A stretch of DNA of 64,000 nt. Origin: Selaginella moellendorffii. Lineage: Eukaryota; Plantae; Lycopodiophyta. Location of the stretch: assembly GCF_000143415.4 (NCBI RefSeq), contig NW_003314313.1, forward strand, positions 833,430 through 897,429, read 5' to 3'. Within the stretch, counting starts at the first letter, position 1. Every line of letters begins with the position of its first letter. A program made the translations under genes and the position numbers. Below the pieces are notes generated by a model, which was not told the origin of the DNA, made no database searches, and was given only the letters and a program-made list of their open reading frames with translations. Of the stretch, positions 1 through 12,232 are shown piece by piece.

Positions 1-3000
1 GGCGGCCACAGCGCTACGTTCGTCGAGGTTTGTGAGTCTCCCTGCATTGCAGCTCTATAGCTCCTCCATCTGAGCCACCGGGATTTTCTAGGTTCCTTTG
101 CTTGGACATGACAAGGAGGAAGGCGTCATACTCCAGCCGTGTACCAGGCAGTCTACGCTCAAGCGCTGCGCTGTGAAGTCGAAAGCTTCGCAGGTTCAGG
201 GAATGGGCAACGAAAAGCGGAAGTTTGAGAGCGACGAGAAGGAGAACAGCGTTGCCGCTCGGAAGAAGCTCAAAGCGTCGAAAGGGAAAACAATGGAACT
301 TAAGTTCGTGGGAACAGGGAAGCAAGAGGGAGAAGTGGCTAGCTCTCGGAGAAAACGAAAGAATTCGCAGAAGGCGACGAGTTCTCAGGATGATGAAGAC
401 TCGGATTACGGTGGAGGTCCTCAAAAAATGATGGAGCTTCAGTCGTTGCAAGACAAGAAAAACGCTAGTGAGGAACTTTCTACGACTGTCGCCCCCAAGC
501 GCGCCACAAGGAAGCAGAAACGAGTCCAGTTGAAGCAGCTGGTTTCTTCGACGGATTTTCTGCGCGAAGGCGTTGTCAAGGAGGCTGATGGATGTGAAAC
601 TAGATCGGGCAGTGAAGATCGGCAAGATGCCCAAGCTAAGTCTCAGGCTACTACTTCTGAGGTGTCGACTCCAGGACACAAGGCAAAACACAAAAGTGTC
701 AAATTTTTATTGAGCTCCACTATCGAAACAGATCATGTGTGGGGAGCTAGCAAAACACCGGAGCTCCAACAAAATGAAGAGGAATGGCGAGCGTAAGGAT
801 TTTATTTTATTTTTTTCTCTCGTGATGTCTCAAATTTATGTTTGTGGCACAGGATTAATTTGGACGCTGTCAATCCTATGGAGCTGATTGGTAGGAGCTG
901 CAAGGTGAAAGTTTTGTGTCAATTCCTTCATTGTTCCTGATTGTATTATTTTCAGGTTTTTTGGCCACTAGACAGCAGATGGTACACAGGGGCCATCCAC
1001 GAGTATAATCCCGCATCGAAGAAGCATCGAGTACGTCCAGTGTTTGCGCTTAGATGCGTTGTCTAAATGGTTCTCATGCTGCAGATCGACTACGTTGACA
1101 ACCAAATGGAATGGCTGTGCCTGAGAAATGAGAAGGTGCACTTTCAAATGGGGATCAAGGAAGAAAAAGTGCTGTGCGCTGCTGGCTGCGACGACTATAA
1201 AATGCGTCTTGGCGTCGACGAACTCGCCCTCTTGGCGAATGAGATGGAAAGTTTTGAAGAGCAAATCAGCCACGGGACCGTTGTCTGGGCTAAAGTTAAA
1301 GGTACTAAGCAAATAGACTGGCTATGTGCTCACCGACGATTGTAGGTTGGCCCATGTGGCCTGCGCTTGTCCTTGACGAAGAGCATGCTGAAAAGTGCGG
1401 CTTGGAGCGTCCCCTTAAGAAGTCGACTTTTGCTGTGCAATTTTTTGGCAGCTGTGACTTTGCAAGGTACGTAGGTTATTTTTTCTCACGGTTCATCTTT
1501 TTATTTATCAGTAATAGATTACTCGCTCTTGAAGGCTAAACAATGACAAGATCGTTACATTTTCTAAAGGAGTTCAACTAAAATATCACTCAAAATGCAA
1601 GCGCCCGGCATTCGATCAGGGATTGAGAGAGGTTGAGAGGTGATGTTCTATTCATAGTTCGATAGTTTGTGGCCAAGCGTCTCACTTTTTTTTTTTTTTT
1701 TTCCTATGTAGTTATTTGAAACAGGGAAGGCTTCCAGAGAAAATGGCACAAATGCTCGAGATACAGTCCAAGAGTAGGAATGACGTAGGGAAAGCATCGA
1801 AAACGTCGGATGCAGAAGAATACATTGATGATGAACGAGAGCATCCAACGAAAACCAGGATGGAAGACCTTATGGGGTACCCTCTAGACCTTGGTAGCTT
1901 GAAAATATTAAGCTTGGGTACGTGATTTTGTCTTGGCCTTTTTCTTCTTTTGCTTCTTTTCTAATTACTAGTTTTGACAGGCGAAGTAGCTTTTGATTCT
2001 GCACACTTTCATAACAAACACTACATATGGCCAGTGGGATTTTCTTCTGTTCGAGTCCTTCCGTTTTTCAAAGGTATTTTGAATTTCCATCATATCTTTG
2101 TACCAATGTTTGAAATTAGATCTTGAAAAGCTCGTGGAACATCGAATGGAGGTCACTAGATGTAAATCAGATCCAGCAATACCTGTTTTTCATGTTACTG
2201 TTGCCGATACGATTTCTGTGAGTTATTCTTCAATTTATTTGATCGGTATTAACAGCGACTTCAGTTTGAAGGTTCTACTCCTGGTGACTGCTGGAAGAAG
2301 GTGTACAAAGAACTAGATAGATTGAAGGAGAAACCTGCGAAAACACACTTCAAACGTCTTTCAGGAGCCAGTATGTTTGGGTTTAACAATCCACGAGTGT
2401 TCAAGCTTATTAAGGTAAGCTGGTTATTCGGCGGTAGCTTCGCACCGCTAAACTCTCGCTTTCAGGAGTTACCAAATGCACGCGAGTGTTCAAATTTTAT
2501 GGACTGGGACAAAGTACATTCTTCGAAGAAGTCAAAACAAACAGGACCATCGGGATACAAGCCCATCAATGTTATGTGGAAGCACCTTGAGAGGTGCAAC
2601 GTATGCTATCTGGATGAGGCAGGTTTGCAGATTTAATTTCACGCGGTGCTATCTTCCTTGCTACAGGAATACGAGGGCAATCTTCTGTTGCAGTGCGCGA
2701 AATGCAGATTGATGGTATGTGATGAGAACTGTCAGAAACACTCACGCCAGGATCATTTACAGATACACATGTCATGTTATGGAGAACAAGATTTACCAAG
2801 TGATGGTTTCTGGCTTTGTCAACTTTGTAAGCGAAATACAACTCAGCTGCCGCTTTGTTGCCTATGCCCAGTTGCTGGTAAGCAGCACCTGTTTTAGATA
2901 TGGTCAGCAGCACTCTTTTCATGTTATTCTCTCTGCAGGGGGCGCGATGAAGAAGACTACAGACGGCAGATGGGCTCATTTGACGTGCGCGATGTGGATA

Positions 3001-4670
3001 CCAGGTAAGAGAGCACTGTCCCGGCATTACAATCGTTTACAATTTCCAAAATGTCAGAAACATGCCTTGTGGATGTCAAGAAAATGGAACCAATCGATGG
3101 CGTTAGCACTATCCACAAAGTAAGTTCAATTTGTATACTCAGCGTAGGTAATGATACCGTATGGTTTCAGGAAAGGTGGAAACTGACGTGCAGCGTTTGT
3201 CGAGTGTCTCACGGGGCATGCATTCAGGTAATTGCCTTCTCAGTTGTCGGCCTGTTGTTAATCTTGACCAGATTGCAGTGTAGCCATCACCAGTGCATGA
3301 CATCTTACCATCCTCTTTGTGCCAGAGCGGCTGGATTTTCCATGGAGGTTTTGTTGGTCTGAATTGGCGTATATAATCTCTAACACATTTTTATCCTTTT
3401 CAGATTCAGGACGACGATGGAGACGGGCTTGAAAAACCGCTGAAGTTGCTGTCTTTTTGCTCCAAACATAACAATCGCGCATCCTCGCATGTTGATGTTC
3501 ATCTTTCTAGCCAGGAGAGTGAGGTGGCAGAGAATTCCTCTGGATGTTCAAGATGCGGTACGTGCTTTTTTTTCTTTTCTTTGCTTGCAACTAGAAACTA
3601 ATACTTTTTGCAGAACCATACAATCCCGTTTCGCGGCGCAGGAGGCAAGAACCTGAAGGCAAAGCTCTGTCTACTTCAAAGCGATCATTTGTTGAGAAGA
3701 CGCCTTATCTCGTCGCTAACTTCGAAAGGAAGGCAAAGCTCGTTAAAATTGGCAAGGCTTACAAATCGGTGTTTGGAACCGTTGGACAAGGATCCTTTTT
3801 GTCGGACAGAAGCACGGAAGAGCCGGTGCTTTCGATGTCGGCGAGGCTGGAGAGTATGAGGTCTACAATGCACGATCGGCTAACTTTCGGTAAGAATCAG
3901 CTTGTCCACAGCAAATATTCGTATGTTTCCCTCGTGATGCAGGAAAGTCAGGCATTCATGGCTGGGGTGTCTTTGCCAAGCAGATCCATAAAGCAGGCGA
4001 TATGGTAATCACGATTCTTGTGCTTTTCTAGAGTTCAGTGAGTGCGCATTTCAAACAGATGGCCGAATATGCGGGAGAAATTGTGAGATCCAACATCGCA
4101 GACATCAGAGAACAACGTCATTACGATTCGCTAGTGGTGCGTCGTCATTTCGGCGTCGCTGTTTTTCCTTTTCTTTTTGCTCTTCTCGAGTCTCAAGTGG
4201 TGGATTTTCCAGGGTGCGGGAACATACATGTTTCGCATTGATGACGAGCGAGTGGTGGACGCAACGCATGTCGGCAGCATGGCGCACTTGATCAATCACT
4301 CGTGCGAAGTAAGGCCCGATTTTGTAATGCTTTCATCGCATCGTGACTGTTTGCTTTGTCGTCAGCCAAACTGCTACTCCCGAATCATAACGGTGGACGC
4401 AAAGGACTCGATCATCATTTTTGCGAAGCGCGACATCCACCCATGGGAGGAGCTAACTTATGACTACAGGTTCTTTGATATTCACCCTCTTGGGAAATCT
4501 CTCAAAGTTTGGATCGGATTTCCTTTAGATTTGCTTCGAAGGGGGCGGAATTGGTGTGCAACTGTGGAGCTCTAAAGTGTAGAGGCAGTGTGAGACACAG
4601 CGACGACAGTAACAATGAGGGAAGGATCCTTGCTCTTCGCTCCTCGCTACGCAGCTGGACGCCACTATAA
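1..4670 (+). CDS. Trithorax-like histone H3K4 methyltransferase (ATX1/ATX2-like; Tudor-like, PWWP, FYR, PHD, ePHD, SET, post-SET), multi-exon, 5' end upstream of window
   Basis: Exon peptides VVWAKVKG-WPMWPALV (PWWP), CNVCYLDE...IHMSCYG...WLCQLC (PHD), AHLTCAMWIP / YHPLCARAAG (ePHD), GAGTYMFRIDDERVVDAT...LINHSCEPNCYSR...EELTYDYRF (SET), CNCGALKCRG (post-SET). Stop TAA at 4668-4670. Many short GT-AG introns. Confidence 0.92.
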
Positions 4671-4958
4671 AGCTACGTTTAAGTTCTAATCAAAGTATTA
4701 CTGCTTAACCCTAATCATAAACCCTTTTTTAGACCCTAAAATTTGGGCACAAACCTCACAAGGATATTCTGATCAATATGCGCGTACATTGTACAAGAAA
4801 ATCGCGAGCTTAATTGAAAGACAATTGATCGTGGAGAGCTCCTCCTTTGCCACGCCAGGAGCTTCCATGGATTCCAGCCATGGACTACACCATATCTTTT
4901 GTTTTTCGAGTCTTTGTTTCCCACACTTGAGAGAGACAGTGGGAGGTGTGATATAGTT

Positions 4959-6927
4959 TTACCAGCCTCCGTCTTTGCTGCCTTGCAGCACCTTGTGGAG
5001 TCTAAAAACTTCGCCCTGATCACCGTTGGTGGCTCGCACCTCGCGCTGCGAGCACGTCAGTTGCCGCAACAGCTTCTCCAGCGTCGACTGTGGCGATGGA
5101 CCCGACGAGTTTGGATTCATGGCTAGGATGACGGCGTTCACCGCGTCGGCCACTGCCTCTCTCTGCCGGACCTTGAGCAAGTAGCACACGGGCGACTCCG
5201 CCGGCTTTTCGTAGGCGAGCAAAGCCAAGCAATCCTGCATCGAGTGTTATGCGGCTCCCTGTGCGTAAAACTGGAAATCAAACTTACCTGGAGCAGCGAC
5301 TGGAACAAAAGATTCCCAAAGAAGTTTACGAGTTCTGCACGGGCATAAGTGACTGCTGCCTCCAAAGATCCAGCCTGCAAGTGATGGTCGTTAGCTCGAG
5401 AGAGACGATGGCAACACATCCAAAAGAGGAAGGACGAGTAACCTTTACGAGCTCAATGAACTTCTGGCAGTGCAAAAGGAATGAAATGGCTGAGCGCCCA
5501 TCCTGCAAGAGCGTTGAACTGGATCAAAACACGGTGTAAAGACGCTAAAGCTACACACCTCTAGTATCTCAGGATACCACTCCCGCAGTTTCGAGAAAAC
5601 GCCGTCCACATCACCTTCCCTGGCGAGCTATGACAGATAGAGGAAGGTGTTCATTCCGAAAGCAAGAAATGACAGGAAAATTACCCGACGAAGGGCATTT
5701 CTCTCGTGGAGAGCGTAGTTCTCTTGAACAGGCTTTACACCGTTGTCCTTCAAGCCCACCACGGATGGGAATGTCCCACCGCAAGCATCATCAAAGGCTT
5801 CCAAAGTTTCTTGGTATCCGTAATGTAGCAAGTATGCACGCACAATGCTGGAATGTTTACGACAAAACAATCAGATCAAGAAATCAGAATTGTCGTCTTA
5901 TCACACACCTGTGGCTCACACTTAAAGGCAGAGGAACGTTTTCCACTTCTGCCTGACGCTTCTCGCGTTCCTCTTGAATCAAAGCCTGGCGGAACCTTAA
6001 GAAGATTTAGACGTAGACAATGCATGCCTCAACCCACCTCCACGTCGAAAACAAATGGATTTTGGCCGAAGTTTACAGACACCCTGCAAGGTCCAAATAC
6101 ATCTCAGAAAAGTAGATCGATGATAAAGCTCCATACTTCTCGTTGGGACTATGAAGTCCAATGGTAGGATAGAGTGGAACCTTCACATCCTTGGATTTTT
6201 TCCCTACTAGTTTGCTGTTCTTCCTGCAGCATGACAAGCATCGTGAAGGAGGGATTAGTAAAGCAAAACTTCCGAGGATTCAATAACTTACGTAAAGAAA
6301 AGCTCTTGAGCAAGGTAGTTTATACCGGCTCCAACAGTGTCATTCGTTGTGAAGGTCACGTTTAAGTTCTCGTTGCTCTTTGGGCCGTAGTAGAGCTTCC
6401 CATCATCTCCGTGGTAGCCATAGCTATTTGGCTCCCATCTTGAAACGTATAATCGAAAAGAGAAGATGAGAGAAGGCTTCTTTCTTTCTCTGTGAACTCA
6501 CCCGGGCTGACGGCTCGTCTTGAAGTTTTGATCGCTGAATCCGATCGAGATCACTCCTTTTTGTCCTCGATCACACACGGTCATCTCGAAGTAGTAGCAA
6601 AGCCTTCTGGATGGCGCCGGCCTGTTTCCCTGGACAGCCCCCACATCGTTGCCATGCTTGCCTTCTCCATTGTACTTCGCCGTGAGCTTGTCCATTGAAA
6701 TCCCAAGAAAATGGCCACAATTGTTGGTGCTGAGAAAGCTGGGAGCCTCTTCTTCTTCGTCGCCATCGTCATCCTCCGGCTTTCTCATCCCCAGCGCCAG
6801 CAACGTCGGCTCCAAATCCGGCGGACTGGTAGAAACCATGGGCATGGCGCTCCAATCGATCGTTTCTGGATCGATCGAGATCCAGGAGAACACTCCTACT
6901 CTACAGACCTGCCGCGATCACGATCAT
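4959..6927 (-). CDS. RanBP9/10 (RanBPM)-like SPRY-LisH-CTLH-CRA protein, GID/CTLH complex subunit, multi-exon
   Basis: SPRY: DVGAVQGNRPAP...YYFEMTV...ISIGFS, GWEPNSYGYHGDDG. LisH: IVRAYLLHYGYQETL. CTLH: FLLHCQKFIELV. CRA: QDCLALLAYEKP...QREAVADAVNAVIL. Start inferred from a short first exon. Confidence 0.9.
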
Positions 6928-7099
6928 GCCCTGGGAGCTCAGTGGCCATTGCCCTAGACCTAGAAATATGCTGACGTCACCATGCCTTGTTTTGTTTTGG
7001 CGGCAATTATACTCTAACAACAAAGAACCGATGACGTGGCAGGTTTAAAAGTCTTTTGGGCGGGAAAGCGAGATGATTCTCATTTAGGTCAGGGAATCG

Positions 7100-8993
7100 A
7101 TGCGTAGGGCTGTGGAGATCGCGCGTGGCGCTGCTGCTGGCCGTGTAACGGCGACGCTCTCTGGCGCTGGTGCTGGAAATGGCGCTGGCAATGGCGCTGG
7201 TCGTGGCGCAGCGAGGAATCAGTGGAGGTCGCTGTTCATCGTGCTTAATCTTCGCCAACGAGTGTCTCGAGGGTTCGTGATGTGGAGGAATGATGCCGCG
7301 GGTCCTCCTCCCCCTCGTGTGCTGCCGCTGTCAAGGGATTCTTTCCGGGCTTCCATTTGTAGGTTCCTGTACTGGAAAGGCTTTCGCACTAGCTGTGGGG
7401 CGCCAATGGGGACGAGCGATCGGGGCAACTTGTCAGGAAAGCTGAGGTGTTGCTTTGTGGGCAGTGGCGATCCCAGTGATCTCCACGGGCAATCACGAAC
7501 AATGGCGGTCTCTTCGTCCTGGAACCAGAAAAAGCGAGCTTCTTTAAAGCTCGATTGTCAATGCGCTCCATCCAGAGCGCGCGAGATTGGTAAACGCTTT
7601 TCTTAGTTGACAAAGCACTCGACTTGGATTCCATGCAGGACGCACGCAGTGGAGAGGGATTGAGACCGATGCTCGACAGCGTGGGTCTTCTCTCCAGACC
7701 GAAGAGACGGATATGTATATTCCTGTCAAGGCTTTCTTCGTATCTCGGAGGTAAAAGGAAAAGCCGAGCGATTGTGAGTGCTAACTACATCTGCTGGGTT
7801 ATAGAATGCAGTGTGGACTTGAAGGGCCTGGCATGCGAGCAATTTGACGACGTGATTTCTACCCGTAAAGAGCTCGTGCTAAGGTGCAGGGATCGACCAG
7901 TAGACTCGCCCGCGCATACGAAGAAGCCTGTACATAGTACTAAATGTTTGCGTTTGCTTTCTCTTTCATTCTATTGCCGCTGCTTATGCTCGTGTGTTTT
8001 TCTTGTTGTTTTCAGGCTATTCCACAGCTGAAGTGTTGGACATGCGAACGTTATATGGTTGTGTATCAGTATGGCTCGGTAGTGCTTTTCAACTTTGGGG
8101 ATGAGGAGGAGACTGAGTTCTTAAACGTCGTCCGCAAGTACTGCAAGGAGGAGTTTGGCAAGCCGAAGAAGGAGGGTACATTCCGAATCAGTTCATACTA
8201 AGATGATACTAAGGTAATGAAATCTAGTTGTGTTACAAACTGAAATTCTTCTCCTGCAGATTACGGCGTGCTGATCAGGCCAACACTGTCGGAGTGGAGT
8301 CACGGATCACACGACATAATTATGCTGAGGAAGTTTGACATCGATAACATTCGCATCATTGCCAGTGTCTTGGCACAGAGTATTGCCCTGGACTACTTTG
8401 CAAAGCTGGTCAGTACAATTTTTTTGCATCTTTTTTTTTCCACCTCTGACACTGCTGGGCCTTTGTGCAGGTTGATGAGATGATAAATGTCTTTAGTGAG
8501 CTCAACCGAGGTATGGAGCGCACCGGTACTTTTACGATGACCCGCAAAAAGCTATTCCAGCTCGTTGCTTCAGCGAACTTCACACTTGCCGACGTCATTG
8601 TCCGTATGGGACTTTTAGAAAGGTAACTCGCAGCTCATTTACTAGTACGATGGCCAGACTCCTGTGTCGGTGATGCTCTGTAACAGGTCGGACGCGGCGT
8701 GGAAGAACATAAATTACGCTCGGGTTTTTGAGTTTATGAGGGAGGAGTTTGAGCTCAACGAGCGTTTCAAGAGCTTACATTTCAAGCTCAATATTATCCA
8801 GGTAGAACGAGAGCTTTGCTCTTAAACCTTCTACTCATTCTTTCTCTCCCTTTGGCAGCACAACGTTCGGCTGTTTCTAGAGGTTCTCCAGAATCGCAAA
8901 TCTGACATCTTAGAATGGATAATCATTCTGCTGCTTGCTGGAGAAATCGGTGTCGGCGTGTATGACATATTGCACGAGACAGGCGTCATATGA
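7100..8993 (+). CDS. RMD1/DUF155 family protein (RETARDED ROOT GROWTH-like), multi-exon
   Basis: YMVVYQYGSVVLFNF, IIASVLAQSIALDYF, EFMREEFELNERFKSLHFKL, LQNRKSDILEWIIILLLAGEI. Stop TGA at 8991-8993. Confidence 0.88.
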
Positions 8994-9598
8994 GAGTAAG
9001 TTAAAAAAAAAAAAAAACAGACTCTCTCTCTCTCTCTTCTTGCCATCCTCTTTATCGTTTCTAGCTAAGCAAATCTCCTTGCTGGCGCCGGCTGCGATTG
9101 CTGTTTTGGCCGCACTAACTTAGCAATCGATTATCTTTCTCTTCGGCGCAGAGACAGCAGGAGCAACTCCATCCAGCACAGAGATCTCTCGAGCTTAATC
9201 TAAATCAAGCCAGGACAGCAAACAATCGAGCGCGCTCTGAGGACAAGATCTCTGCTGGACAAGCTTGCGTACGCCAATTTTCGCCACTCGAGAGAGCTCG
9301 CGCTAAAGTACAAGACAAAAGATTTCCTCCTCCTTTGCACACATTACAAAACATCACATCATCCATCGCCCCTGGCTTTCCATAGTTTCTAAATAACTGA
9401 ACTCTATCAATCTTATAAATTGGTGTGATACACACATACAAAACATACCATATGAATATTATATGTATATATATATATATATAAAAATATCAATCCACCT
9501 TTGATGATGTATACTATATTCACAAAAAACAGTGACTTTGTGTCCTCCTCTGCTCGATGATCTTTGGCAAATTTACATTCGTTCTTCCCTGTCCGTCC

Positions 9599-10893
9599 TC
9601 ACGCTGCTTGGCTCGTTTTCCTCAAGTAGCTCTCAAACGCGTCCAGCGTGTGGACATCGGTTCTATAGTGCTTCTGCGTGAATTCTAGCAGCTGCCCCCA
9701 ATTAAACTCCACGCACGGCCTCTCGCGATCTTGCTCTTCGTCTACTTTGCTCTTGACCACCAGCTCCGGAATCGGCCGGATCACCGTGTCCAGCCCCGGG
9801 TTGATGAAGAAAACCAGCGAGTGCCTGGCTCGGGTGGCATGGATCACTGCGCGGTGCTTGGCACTCTTGTAGCGATGGTTGCACAGTGCCTGTGACGAAG
9901 AGAACGCTGCGTGAGAGATGTTTTATAAAAAGAAAAGGAAAAAAGAAGAGCACTACCATCTACAACCAGCTATAGCGCTGCGAGGAGGGAGAGGAGAGGG
10001 ACGAGCAGGAACAAAAGAATTCTCGCTCTGTTTACCTGGAATGTGTCACCGATGCTGATGACAAACGCATCGGCACGGGGCTCGACTGTGACCCAAGTCT
10101 CGTCCCTGTTGTACACTTGCAGTCCTCCAACTTCATCCTGGTGGAGAATTGTTAATGCGCACGGGTCGGTGTGAGGCCCCGTCCCCAGCAGCCGCGGGAA
10201 GTGCTCCGACGGCGGGTACATGTTCATCCGGAAGATGGAGAAGCCATCGTCGAAGTAGCTGTTCAAAGCATCGGGAGCCAGCTCCAAGCTCTGCGCAATC
10301 AGCTCAATCAGCTCTCGTCCCAGCTTCTCCATTGCCTTGCAGTAAGTCTCGTAGCGAGCACTGGGAAAAACATAAAAAAGATCGTTTTTCCGTTATAGTT
10401 GTTAAGAAGAAGCGCAAGAGCTAACGAAAAGAAAATGGAGGTGGGGAGCTGCTGCTTACCAATGCTGCTCATGCTGTTCCGCGGTGTAAACTTTGATCAT
10501 GTAGTCCTTGATGTTTGAGTTCGGCGTGTACTGAAGCGAGAATGTTTCCTTCCAGGGGCACTTGGATTTGAACCTCCCAGCAAACTTGCCGGCGAATCCA
10601 AAGCTGTTCCCGGCGGAGCGAGCCGCTCGTAACTTGGTGTCGCTGGGGAATTCGAAGAACTGGCGAGCACTCGCATGCACCTGGTTTACAAGCTCGTGAT
10701 CCACACCGTGATTGACGACCTGGAAGAATCCACTCTGCCTGCACGCTCTGCCAATCTCATCAACCTTGGCTTTGGATCCACCAGCCAGATCAATGGTCGG
10801 GACATCCTGCTGGCTCGCAAACTTGCCATGCTCCGGGAGCGAGCAGTCGCCACGAGGCCACACATAGGACTCGAGTTCGCAACTAGTATTCAT
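9599..10893 (-). CDS. 2-oxoglutarate/Fe(II) dioxygenase, gibberellin 20-oxidase-like (3 exons)
   Basis: YVWP, VPTIDL, GFFQVVNHGV, CPWKETFS (LPWKET-like), TGPHTDPCALTILHQDEVGGLQV (HxD), HRAV...RHSL (distal H, RxS). First in-frame ATG at 10893. Confidence 0.9.
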
Positions 10894-12232
10894 CGGCGGC
10901 GTCGCGCGGCAAAAGTTCTTCTTGACGATGGTGGTGATGTCTGATGACGGTACTGCTTCTCGGGCGGGTTTCAAAGCAGGAGCTGCATGAAGAACTGGAT
11001 TACCGGACTGGAAACGGAAAAGAAAAAGAGCAGCAGCAGCATTACTTGACACCCAGGAGCAGCATCTCGAAGAAGCGTGTCTTGTTCCCACCTTCTTCCC
11101 CCTCCCTTGTCTCTGCCGACAATAGAGACAAAGAGCTCAGCAGAGATAGAGACAAGCTGGAGCAGAGAGGCGAGTGGTACCGTCTTTTATCGCAGTCTCG
11201 AGCGAGGAACAGACATCAGGTGGGACGCGAGTAGAATCGCAGCCAATCTACGTCTGTGCCTTTTCTTCTCTCCTCCCTCTTCTTCCCGGTGACAAACTAG
11301 TTCCTCGCGCTGCTTCCTTCCCCTGCCCCTGTGTGTTCTAGTCCCCGTTGCAACCAAATCTCCCCTTCTCGGGAAAAAGTTGACGCTTTTTCCTGGGAAT
11401 AGTGCTCGCCGTAGTCTCTGTTGCGTGACTGAAGTGAGCCAGCAGTGATGCCGGCACTGCCTGATCACAAAAAGCTCCACACCTGATTGATGACATACGG
11501 TCGAGAGCGGAAAATCCCACGAGCATCTTGCGATGAACGCTGGCACGAAAAGTTGTGGCACAATCATCCACTGTTTCGCTGAGGATGACAGGGGAATCAG
11601 CACTCTCATCACTCGCCACCACTTTGACGAAAGCAGTTTGTGCTGTGCGTGTGCCACAGTCGTTTTCTTTTTTCCTCTTCTCCTCTTTCTCCTCCTCCTC
11701 CTCCTCCTCCTCCTCCCTTCCCTTCTCATCTTTAGCGCAGCCAACCACATTCTCCGATAAATCTTTCTTCCTCTGTGTAAAATCTTGCCTTTGCTTTCAC
11801 CTTGCAAGAGGACATAATCTTGTCAGCGCTTGGAGGCCAGAAGAAAGACAATAGAAGACAAACAGTCCACGGGCACGTACCGATTATCACGTGAAGAGAT
11901 TCAGATACATTTTCCGCATCTTTTGGCCTTGGCTCTTCCTCCAAACGGTATCGCAAATCATTGCTCGCCAAGCCAAAGAAATTCCCCTTCCCTCGCATCC
12001 CACAAAGTCGCGACGCATCCATCCATCCTGCCTGCATTGTCTCGCCACTGCGCCACTGCGCCACTGCCCCATCGATGATCGGTCGGTCTAAGGAGAAACA
12101 TTCCCTACCTCCATCGAGCGCCTTCTCCACTCGCCGCGCTAAAACCCTAAAATGATTTTTTAAACTACACCTAGCCACCAGGATTCGAACTTCCGACCGC
12201 TGCCAACTTTGCCGAGATTCGAACCCCAGACG

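Noticed and set aside
11187-11854. 206-aa Arg/Glu-rich ORFs
   Set aside because: Produced by a (CCT)n/CT-rich tract in the upstream region of the 2OGD gene.
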